Below, one piece after another: positions 15,501-27,700 of a stretch of DNA of 64,000 nucleotides. The translations under genes were made by a program, and so were the position numbers. How positions within the stretch are numbered: the stretch's first letter is position 1; each line of letters opens with the position of its first letter. The notes under the pieces were generated by a model. The model was given only the letters and a program-made list of their open reading frames with translations. It had not been told where the DNA came from and did not search any database. Origin of the DNA: Okamejei kenojei (Eukaryota); the NCBI GenBank assembly GCA_035221665.1, contig CM069152.1, positions 13,950,001 through 14,014,000 on the forward strand. Reading direction: 5' to 3'.

Positions 15501-18500
15501 ATGAGTTGATGACATAACCACATATGAGTATGTGAGTTGATACATAACCACACATGAGTATGATGTGGTTATATAATGGCAATTACAGAAACATAGTCGC
15601 AGGGTAATCAGGACTGGATGCTCATTATTCCATGCTGTACACTATATCAAAAGAACAGGGCAAAGGAGGACATTGTTAATCAGGGAAGGTACTAGAATCG
15701 TGCTCAGTTGTGATACAATGGCAATGGATAGTGGGAGAGAGGGAGGCGGAGATGGAGGGGGAGAGGGGGGGAGAGGGGGGGGAGGGGGGGTCACAAGGTT
15801 TTTATCAAAGGACTTGCGAGAGGCGCGACTGGCAGCACGTTGGGTTTGCAGCGGGAGGGAGAGGGAAGGAGGATGGGAAGGGGATGGGGGGGGAGAGAGA
15901 GAGAGAGAGGGAGAGGGCGGACCTGAACTCGGTGAGCGGGCGGCTTGGACGGGGCCAACCTCGGCCGGCGTGGAGAGCCTCGGCGATTCCCCGTGTCCCT
16001 GTGATCGACGGAGGAATTTCAGGTTTCCCAGAGGGAGTAATGCCCTGCGCGACAATAACTGCCGCCGCCATGTTCAAGCCGGTGACCTCCCGATCTGCAG
16101 AGCATTTTGAGAACGGGGGGTGGGTTTGGAGTGAGCAGGCGGACGGGCGTGGGAGTCCAGCTGCGGGAAGCGTGGCGTGAGCATACTTGTTCTGGGCGCG
16201 GTGTTTTATTCCACAGCGGCGGGGGGGGGATGACGCCTGGGGGTAGGTGGGCCTCGATTGGTGGAAATGTGGGCATTGTGACGTCCGCAGCTGCCGCAGC
16301 TGGGCAGCGGTCTGATTTAAACAAAACAGTAAGATTTGTGAAGAATTTTATTGAAAATGTGTACAGATAAATGACCAAATTTAATGAGGAGTGGATATAC
16401 GAATTCATGTTAAATCCCTAGCAAAATTGTAAAAATCTCTGCGTTTTTGCGTCTGGTTTTCGCGGAGAAACGTTTCAAATGCAAATTGCCACACGCACAC
16501 ACAACTTTTTAAAAGTATATAGATAGATAAGATAACACACACACACTTATTTTAGATTTCATTTTACATAATGAGGAAGAATTTTGTCTTTGCTGCAAAA
16601 AACAGTGTCTATTCCCCTATGTTATCACCTATCACCGCTGCATTTCTCTTTTCTTTCCCCCATTTGAATGGCTCCCTGCGCCGTGGTATTACGGACAGCT
16701 TGCACATTTTCTTTGCAGTCCTAACCTGGTCTTGATAGGGAACAAGAACCTTGTTGGACAAGGGTAAGGGCTGAGACTCCTCTGGAATTCTCTCCCTGCC
16801 TTTTCTGCACACAATGTATTGTCCCTGACAATTCACCAACTTAAAGGTAGTTAATCTAATAGCTGGCGACTGCTCCTTGAAATACAGTTTTTTAAAGAAG
16901 GAACTGCAGATGCTGGAGAATCGAGGGTACACAAAAAGCTGGAGAAACATAGCGGGTGCAGCAGCATCTAAGGAGCGAAGGAGATAGGGAAGAAGGGTCT
17001 CGACCCGAAACGTCGCCTATCCCCTTCGCTCCTTAGATGCTGCTGCACCCGCTGAGTTTCTCCAGCTTTTTGTGTACCCTTGAAATACAGTGTCCAGGTA
17101 ACTTTTACGCCTCCCTGATGTGTCGCAGTATTCATCAGTGTCCCGCTCATTGATCTTGAGGCAAAATTCCTCAAGCAGCAAACATTTTTTACCTACCAGT
17201 TCCCATATTTTGTGACTACAATACATGGTCTGCCGAGTCATCTGATCTAATTAACTAGTTGTATTTATTAGTTGAATTAGTGTATATTAGGATTTACTTG
17301 TCTATACTAATGCATTGAACCTTTTTATTTATAAGCTGCTCAATCGATGTAGCAGTTGCAACCATGCTTGGTAATTAGAGTATTAAATGAAGTTGTCGCT
17401 AATGCAGCCAGCTACCTCCTCGGAGGTGTCGGGTTGCTTTTAATGCTGTTAGGTTGCAGAGCGCACGTGATGCAAATTGCTTTGATTAGTCAGTTTGTGA
17501 AGAGGGAGGGAGTGGTGTGTCTGACTGGAAATGGGTGTGGAACAGAAGCTGGTGCAGAGTGACTCAGCAGTCAGAAGGCCAGCACGAGTCCTGAACAGCT
17601 TACTCCGCCGAGGTGAGGGCATATTTACTGTAAGAATTCATAAGTTCCCGCAGTGTCCACTGCCATGGTCTGTTGCAGTCACATTCCATTATAATGTATT
17701 ATGTTGCTGGATAAGATTTTCTCTTGAGGTTTATGGATATTTTAAGAAAATTCACAATGAGGGTAAGGATAATTCTGTCTGAATGTCTTGGCTTGTTAGG
17801 AAGTGTCGTGAACAGTGCTTAAATAGATAAGAGTGTAGGTGGTTGATTGAGGAAAAGAATGTAACCTGTTCTATAACATAAATAGATTAGGTTTAGAACA
17901 AGCCACATATTTAAAGATTATTTTAAATATGGGAAAGTATTGTTATTTGGTCAAACATTATTTAGTAATGTGAAGGATCTTCCACATGTAAAGTTTCATA
18001 TTAAATCTTGATATTTTATTTTTGCATCAAAAATGTTGTACTAGTGAGTGAGTGAGTTAGCTAATATGCTAGTGCTGTTTGCGCTGCTACATTAGGCCTT
18101 TGTGGTTTGAAGGGGAAGGCCCGGTGTAATTCACAGATGGGGGACTGTACTTGGTGTGTGTAGAGTGAGACGGGACAAAATATGCAGTATGTGGCAGGCC
18201 TGCAGCACTCGCTGTTGATGGATCTGAATAAATAAACATGGTGTAGGTGAGATAGCAGGAGTATGGGCATCATGCTTGCAAACATACACCAGCCTCGGGA
18301 CAATGGCCAGAAATAATGAATAGTCAGCAACCCCAGTTTGCTCGAAAGTATTTGAACATTTTTTTTCGTCTGGATATTTTACTGTAATGTAACAAAATTG
18401 ATGCTCATTCAGTCCTTTACGTGGCACTAGACCAGATGTGGACCCGTTGGGCCTGTCCCCCAAGGCAATATTCCACCACTGACCTATAGCCCCCAACAGT

Positions 18501-21500
18501 GCAGGTGCGGCTAATGGGTTCCCGTTGTGACGCCATCGATCCCCGTTGTGACGCGTCACGGCAACCCTCCCCCAACAGCGCAGGCGTGGTCGGCAAGTGG
18601 CAGCGCCATTGTGACGTTTTTGAAGTTCAAAATGGCAATAACTTGTAAAAAATAAGATAAATCTGAACGCATCTCAATCTTCTTCTTGAGTCCCCTATTC
18701 CCCTCCTCCATTATCCACCCTCCACCAATACTCCTCTGCTTCCTGCCCTCACCCCCTCCCTCCTGTCCTCCCTCTACCCCTTCCCCTCCATTACCTCATA
18801 CCTTTTCCTACCCCTAACCTCTTCCTTTCCCCTCCTCCACCCCTCCCCCACTCCCTCCCTCACCTCTCCCTCCCTCTCCTTTCCCCTACACTCAGTCACT
18901 CCCTCCCTCCCTCCATAACCCCTCTCCCCTCAATAACCCCCTCCTCTCCCTCTATCCTCCTGCCCCCCCCCCCCCTCTCACGTCCCCCTATCCCACTTCC
19001 CCACAATTAAAATCAGGATTTGTTTTAAATGAAATTCTCAATGAAAATCACATTTTCCCTTTAAAATAACCTAACACAACGTTAGCTGTGAATGAAAACG
19101 GACGAATTTGATTAAAACTGATTTTTTTTTTAAAATCGCTATTTAAAAAAATATATATAAATGAGATTGTGGATCCCATCGTGATGTCATACGCGGCTAA
19201 CGGATTATATTTTCTCATTATAAATGGCACAGGTAATCACTGGGACCCTGATTGTACCCGTTCATATATTTAAAATGTACTAATTGACCTAGTGCAATGT
19301 CTAGTTATTAAAAGCTTGGCATGGGAATGGTGATTATCAGCTGTGTTCTTTGATGACTGTTACCATGACTTTAATTTCTATCACTGGTCTAGAATAAACC
19401 AAAAAACTTTAATTTGTAGCTGTTGAAAGTTTTTTTTTAGTTTAGTTTATTGTCATGCGTACAGTGAAAAGCTTTTGTTGTGTGCTAACCAGTAACCAGC
19501 TTTTTTGTTTTTTTTGTTGGTACCAGTGGAAATACAGTGGGCAATTAAGGATTCATTTAACTTTTGATTCTGAAATTCCGTAAATGGTTTTACCTTTATT
19601 GTGGCGCAGTTAATGTTTCTTTCCCTCCATCTCAAATTACCCCGCCTCCAATCAACTGTGATCTTGGGTTAGGAACTGTATAGAAAATGGATATAAATAT
19701 GGAGACAATTTAACTGTTTAGCAATTAAATTGGCAGGTCTTACAGTTCTGAGGCGAGCATTCAAATCTCAACGTGGCAGCTTTGGAATTTAAATTCATTC
19801 AATAATCTGGAATGTGCAAGGAAAAGAAAACCTACCTTTAGTTAATGATCACCGTGTAAGATACTGAATTGTCAATTAAAAAAAAACTATCTGCCTCATT
19901 GATGTCCTTCAGGGAAAGAGATCTTCCATCCTCACCCATCTGACCCAAATATCCAACCAGACCCACTCTACTTGACTGATTCTTACATGCCCTCTGAACT
20001 CACCAACAAACCATTCAGTTAAGAAGGAATTCGCCACTCCTTTAGAAGGTAATTATGATTGGGGAAATAAACTGCCAGCAACATCCAGATTTCAAAAATG
20101 AAGTTTAAAAATAAATGAAGGTGCTGGTTTTTGTTCCCCGTCCTATTCTGAATTTGTTTGTCTCAACTAGAAAGATTGTAGGCTCATGAAGTAGGTCCCT
20201 TCTCTATTTAGGTCTTGTTTTATATCACTTCCTATTCTAAAAGGATGTAGGTGGGTTATTTGATGAAAATTTCTTGTCAAGGTCACTTGTCGATAAGAAT
20301 AAAATCTCAAACTAATAACAGAATTGTATCATGACGATGGTACCTTCTTACGAGGGCAGAATGAGCAATTTTTGCAACAATATATGGAAATCTGTGAAGG
20401 GGGGGGGGGGGTTACACAAAATGCTGGAGAAACTCAGCGGGTGCAGCAGCATCTAAGGAGCGAAGGAGATAGGCGACGTTTCGGGTCGAGACCCTTCTTC
20501 AAACTGGTCAGGGATCAGGGAAACGAGAGATATAGACGGTGATGTGAGAGATAAAGAACAATGAATGAAAGATATGCAAAAAAGTATCGATGATAAAGGG
20601 AACAAGCCATTGTAAGCTGTTTGTGGTGTGAAAATGAGAAGCTAGTGCGACTAGGGTGGGGGAGGGAGATAGAGATAGAGGGAATGCCAGGGCCCGAGGG
20701 CTGAGGGAGAGGTGGGAGGGGGAGGAGACAGCAGGGGTTAACAGAATTGAGAAAATTCAATGTTCAAGCCCAAAGGATGCAAACTCCCCAAGCGGAATAT
20801 AAGGTGCTGTTCCTCCAACTTGCGGTGTTGCTCACTCTGGCCATGGAGGAGGCCCAGGACCGAGAGGTCGGATACGGAATGGGAGGGGGAATTGAAGTGC
20901 TGAGCGACCGGGAGGTCGGGTTGGTTTTTGCGGACCGAGCGGAGGTGTTCGGCGAAACGATCGCCAAGCCTCCGCTTGGTCTCACCGATATAGATCATCT
21001 GGCATCTGGAGCAGCGGATGCAGTAGATGAGGTTGGAGGAGGTGCAGGTGAACCTCTGTCGGACCTGGAAGGACTGCTTGGGTCCCTGAAAGGAGTGGAG
21101 GGGGGAGGTGAAGGGACAAGTGTTGCATTTCTTGCGGTTGCAAGGGAAAGTGCCCGGGGAAGGAGTTGAGCGGGAGGGGAGGGAAGAATTGACAAGGGAG
21201 TCGCGGAGGGACCGATCTTTGCGGAAGGCAGACAGGGGGGGAGATGGGAAGATGTGGCGGGTGGAGGGGTCACGTTGGAGGTGGCGAAACTGGCGGAGGA
21301 CTATCTGTTGTATTTGCCGGCTGGTGGGGTGAAAGGTGAGGACCAGGGGGACTCTGCCCTGTTTGCGAGTGGGGGAATGGGGAGAGAGGGCAGTGTTGCG
21401 GGGTATGGAGGAGACCCTGGTGCGAGCCTCATCAATAGTGGGGGAGGGGAATCCCCGTTCTCTGAAGAATGAGGCCATTTGTGATGACCTGGTGTGAAAC

Positions 21501-21671
21501 GCCTCATCCTGGGAGCAGATGCGGCGTAGACGAAGGAATTGGGAATAGGGGATGGAATCCTTACAGGAAGCAGGGTGGGAGGAAGAGTAGTCCAGGTAGC
21601 TGTGGGAGTCAGTGGGTTTGTAGTGGATGTCGGTCAGGAGTGTATCACCTGCAATAGAGATATCTGTGAAA

Positions 21672-21761
<90 letters not shown>

Positions 21762-24700
21762 GACACAGTGGTAGAGTCGTAATACGTGGAAACGAGTATT
21801 TGGCCCATTTGAGTCTGTACAGACCAAGCGACCATTTACACTATTATTCTTTCCACATTTTCATCATCACTCCNNNNNNNNNNNNNNNNNNNNNNNNNNN
21901 NNNNNNNNNNNNNNNNNNNNNNNNNNNNNNNNNNNNNNNNNNNNNNNNNNNNNNNNNNNNNNNNNNNNNNNNNNNNNNNNNNNNNNNNNNNNNNNNNNNN
22001 NNATTGAACCTGGGCCGCTGGAGCAGAGAGGTAGCAGTTTGCTAGTGCTCTGCCCTGTTACTCCTTCCTTGATCTCTCTCTCTGAACTTTGGGTACATTT
22101 TCCGACCCTCCATTGTTGCAGATAGTAGTCAATAGCTACTAACCAAACACTGATTCCCTTTTGTTCAGAGTCAAGCCTAATTATACTATTCCCAATATGA
22201 AATCTGTACAGACTCTGAGTGCAATTTTCTGATCCATATGTCTCGGAATACCAGAATTAAATGATTGCAGGAATCTATTCTGTTTCAATTGTATTTGATA
22301 TATCTCCTTTCTCATCTCTGAGAATTTTCTGGTATGTTTCTGTTTACAGTACATATGATATTTTTTACATTTAATGTTACTGACTGACCTCCCAAATTGT
22401 GCTCTTAACTATAACGACCATACAAATTATTATCGGCAGTAATTTGTGACTTTGGCTCTTTATCACTCGCGTTCTTTAAACATTTTGAGGTTTCATCTAA
22501 TATTTGAAGTTTCTTATTTCCCCATCAATGTCCCGGCAACAAAGCTTGGTATACAACAAAATCATTGCAGAGTTCCGGTGGTATCCGCTCTCAGACTCGC
22601 AGTAACATTGGCAAGTTCTATTGGCAGAGGGAGGGAGGGAAACTATAGAACGTGAGCTCCAACATTTCCATATTTATCTTGTCTCTGTGCTTTTCCGATT
22701 TGACTCATTTAACCAAATTTCTTTTCCTACCTTAGGTTCTGCATTAGATCTTCATTTTGGTGATGTAAATGTTGCATCTCTTGATAAAGAATTAGAGGAT
22801 CAAGATACTAGTGACATAGGATTAAAAGGTAATCACTGAAAAGTAATTTCATCCCTCACCAACACATCTACATTTACATCCAGGTCATTTATATGTATCA
22901 CAAACAGCTGAGGTCCCAGTACAGATCCGTGCAGAATCCCACTGGTCGCAGATTCTAGGCAGAATACCTTCTATCACAAATCCTTGTCTTCCATGTCTAA
23001 GACAGTTCTGAATCAATACAACCAAGTCATTGCGAATCCAGTACATCTTAATCTTCTGGATCAGCCAACCACGAGGGACCTTATCAAGCGCCTTACTAAA
23101 AATCCAATGTATACAACATCCACTGACCTACCTGCATCATTCTTTTTCATCTCAAAAAACCCAATCAAGTTAGTGAGACCTGTCGCGTACAAAGCCGTGT
23201 CGACTATCCCTAATTAGCTGTTAAAGTGGCAAAGTAGTTGTGCTCATGCGCTCCAATTCTTAACTGAACGCTGAGCGGCTTATGCCGTAGATCAAATGAC
23301 AATGCTCGTTGGAAGCATTAACTTTTGTAATGAATTGTATAAACGATTATAAATGAATAAACGTCGTTGAAATTATTTTTTTCCAATACATTTATTTTGC
23401 ATTCACAGGTCAGAGACTATTGGGCAGTTCGGCTCCTGTAAATATTCCAGGATCTCTTGCTCGTTCTTCTTCGTTGCATTCTTCTTCCTCCTTATCTGCC
23501 TCTCCACTTGGTTCCCTTTCCCAATCTTTCCTTTCATCCAGCATGGCTCCACAGCAGCAACAGCAATCAAAATCTGAGCATACTCTCCTGGGTACTTCAG
23601 CTTCCTCGCACAGTTCCTTGGGTAAGTTATTATAACATTTCCTGCATCTCTTTTATGTATTTTAACTTCAATGGTTTTAAATTTACCAATTTATTTAGAA
23701 TTGTACTTGCATTTTTTCAGTAATACTTGTTATTCATAATTTGTGGTCTATCAAATAATGCTTCCTTGTGTAATGTACTGAACAGTGTTTGAGGACCAAA
23801 CCATGACATCCTGTGTAAATTAGCATGCATTTAGCTCTTGGGTCCTCATAGTGTTAGCATATGTGTTATCATAGTCTATAAAATCACAGAATTGTTCCTG
23901 CAGTGGTGGTGGCAATTTTCCCATTATGTCCTAATGTTCTCATAGAGTAATCTGTTCAGTCCTTCTGCCCTGTTCTTTTCTCATAGATCTGAAAAAATAT
24001 TGTACCTCAGATCCCTATAAAGGTTCCTTTGAAAACCCTGATTACCCATCCTTACAAGTGGTGAGCTCCCAATCATAACCATACTCTAGTGTATATTGAA
24101 GGAAAGCTCCTTGCATCCTCTTTGGTGTCACTTTGAATTGATGTCACCTGCTTCTCCAAACACCTGCTGAATGTTACTGCTTCTCCCCATTTGCCCTTTC
24201 TACGTTTATCATGTTTATCTGTTCATCTTTGTCAAAATTCCTTTTAAACTTTGCTTCAAGTAGGATCCCATCTTCCATAGTCTCTTACAACTGAAATCTC
24301 TCATTCGTGGGACCATTCTAGTAAACATAGAAACATAGAAAATAGGTGTAGGAGTAGGCCATTCGGCCCTTCGAGCCTGCACCACCATTCAATATGATCA
24401 TGGCTGATCATCCAACTCAGTATCCTGTGCCTGCCTTCTCTCCATACCCAACTGATCCCTTTAGCCACAAGGGCCACATCTAGCTCCCTCTTAAATATAG
24501 CCAATGAACTGGCCTCAACTACCTTCTGTGGCAGAGAATTCCAGAGACTCACCACTCTGTGTGAAAAATGTTTTCCTCATCTTGGTCCTAAAGGAATTCC
24601 CCCTTATCCTTAGACTGTGACCCGCTTGTTCTGGACCTCCCCAACATCAGGAACAATCTTCCTGCATCTAGCCTATCCAACCCCTTAAGAATTTTGTAAG

Positions 24701-27700
24701 TTTCTATAAGATCCCCCCTCAGTTTTCTAGATTTTAGCGAGTACAAGCCAAGTCTATCCAGTCTTTCTTCATATGAAAGTCCTGACATCCCTGGAATCAG
24801 TCTGGTGAACCTTCTCTGTACCCCCTCTATGGCAACAATGTCTTTCCTCAGATTTGGAGACCAAAATTGTACGCAATACTCCAGGTGTGGTCTCACCAAA
24901 ACCCTGTACAACTGCAGTAGAACCTCCCTGCTCCTATACTCAAATCCTTTTGCTATGAATGCTAACATACCTTTTGCTTTCTTCACTGCCTGCTGCACCT
25001 GCATGCCTACTTTCAATGATTGGTGTACCATGACACCCAGGTCTTGTTGCATCTCCCCTTTTCCTAATTGGCCACCATTCAGATAATAGTCTACCCTCCT
25101 GTTTTTGCCACCAAAGTGGATAACCTCACATTTATCCACATTATACTGCATCTGCCATGCATTTGCCCACTGACCCAGCCTATCCAAGTCACCTTGCAGC
25201 CACCTAGCATCCTCCTCACACCTAACACTACCCCCCAGCTTAGTGTCATCCGCAAACCTGGCTATGTTGCATTCAATTCCCTCATCCAAATCATTAATAT
25301 ATATTGTAAATAGCTGGGGTCCCAGCACTGGGCCTTGCGGTACCCCACTAGTCACTGCCTGCCATTCTGAAAATAACCCGTTTACTCCTACCCTTTGCTT
25401 CCTGTCTGCCAGCCAGTTCTCTATCCTCATCAATACTGAACCCCCAATATCGTGTGCTTTAAGTTTGTACACTAATCTCTTATGTGGGACCTTGTCGAAA
25501 GCCTTCTGAAAATCTAGATATAACACATCCACTGGTTCTCCCTTATCCACTCTACTAGTTACATCCTCGAAAAATTCTATAAGATTCGTCAGACATGATT
25601 TACCTTTCGTAAATCCATGCTGACTTTGTCCAATGATTTCACCACTTTCCACTTTCCACTAGTACAAAGTTCTTCCGTATCATTTTAGGCCTGCGCGTGC
25701 TTCCTAAAGTGTGGTGACAATAATTATATTGGATACTGGTATTTTATGATGATCCAATATACTTTCCTGCTGCATGCTTCTATATGAATTCCAGGATCCC
25801 ATGTGAAAATTACAATTAAAAACTGGCAATCTGCCATAAAATCAGAAAATGCTTATCTGGGCAGCATTCGAGGAAAGAAAAAGTAAATTTAAGTCTTAAT
25901 GAAGTCTCCTGACCGACAACATTAACGCTTTCTCTTTCCACAAATGCTGTCTGACCTGCTGTGTGTTTCCAGCATTTTTTTTTTTTGTTTCATTCCAGGA
26001 TCTGATATACTTCATTCCCTCCCTGAATGTGTCCTACCACCTTCAAGGATTTGGGTTTCTGCGCTCCTTAAACCTGTGCTTTGAGTCTACATCACCTCTA
26101 ATGTCTTTCTGCCAAAATAAGTCACTTCACATTTCTCTTAAATTTCACTTCTCACTCTTCACCTGGCACAACTCTGTAACTCGGAGGATATGAAAATTAC
26201 AGCAAGATACACCATCATGAGGGAACTTGATGAGGTGGATGTGGAGAGAATGTTCCTCTAGTAAGAGAATGTAGAACTAGAGGTCGCTATTTGCACATGC
26301 AAGTCAGATGAAGCACTTTTTTTTTTTTCCCTGAGGTTAAAGTTTTGGAACTCTCCCTCAAATGTTGGAAGCAGTGTTCAAATACTTTTATGGCAGAGAT
26401 GGATAGATTATTGACAAATAAGAGGGAATAAGGTTATTGGCAGAATTATATATTTGAGATTGCTATCAGATCAACTGTGGTCTTATTGATTGGCAGAGCA
26501 GGCTTAAGGGGCCAATTGCCTTGCTCCTGCTGCTAATCCATATATTCTATGTGCACATTCATCCAGGGACACCAGATTTAGAAGTCCCACCCATTTCTTT
26601 GTGAGAACAGCTTGCTCTGAAACCTTAGAATCTGCCTTGAAACCCTCTCATTGTTCCGGCACTGATATATCTTCAATTATTTCTGCTTTGCCTCTGTCAT
26701 TGCATAAGTTGTCCTGACCTTATATGCCCTTCATTTGCTTATGACTTGCTGACTTTTATGTCAACTGGCATTATTTTCCTGTGATTTACAATTGTCCATC
26801 TTACTTTCCTTTTTACCTCTTTCAAGTGGCTGTGTTCTGCCCAGTTCTCACTTAAATTCTTCAAATGATATGTATCATACACCTTTTTTGTTTTATTCTC
26901 TATGTTCTGCCTCCTTTGTCATCCAGGGAGCTCTGGCTTTGGTTCCCCTAGCTTTGACCTTTGTGGGAATGTAAGTAACCTCTTCTCGAAGCATTTCTTT
27001 AACGATTTTATTTTCCATTCCCGTTTTATCTGCCACATGAACTTGGCCAGATTTTTCCCCTTGTTCCATTGGTGGTTAGCCCTCCTCCATTCGAGATGAT
27101 TTAGATTGAGAGGGGGTAAAAAATAATCTAAACCTTTGATATTGGTGTTCACGTCCACCTGGCTAGCCATTAATCCCGTGGAAATAGATCCACCAATGCA
27201 CTATATTAGGTCAAAAAACTACGGATCACGAATGTTCTCTTGAACAAATCTTAGTAACTCCTCCTTTACTCTGCCTTGGTAATTGAAGATTTGTGATATC
27301 TTTACATACACATCAATCTGTTCTGGCGATTTCCTTTAGCTTCCTCTCACAATTTGCCATTTACAGAATATCCCCAAAAGCTTCATCGCGTCCTCTTCCT
27401 TAACTCATCCTTGACTCGCTCATGGGTGACCCCTCTCTCCTGTCAGCGTTATTGTGACAACTCTTCTATAATTATGTTTCAGTGATACCACCCTGCTTGC
27501 TTTTCTGCACATCCGTATCCCGAATTCTAAAATGTCCCACTCTACTTTTTTTTGTGTCAATTATTGTTGCAGCACCACATTTATCGCATCTCTATTTGTG
27601 CCTGTAGCTCATCAACCGTGTTGGCCACACTTTGTGCATTACACATTCTTTCTAAACCCTCGATTGTCTTCTCAGTAGACTCACTTCATTTGCTCGAACC

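Noticed and set aside
15502-15563. Short tandem duplication of about 31 bp
   Set aside because: Internal to a repeat element; no evidence of function.
14073-16408. Clusters of overlapping 90-180 aa ORFs on both strands
   Set aside because: They lie in GC-rich repeats, with no recognisable domains or splice-phase link to UNKL.
20738-21835. 365-aa ORF with an N-terminal (VC)n tract fused to GIY-YIG
   Set aside because: The VC tract is the translated CA microsatellite abutting a truncated Penelope; not a real fusion gene.
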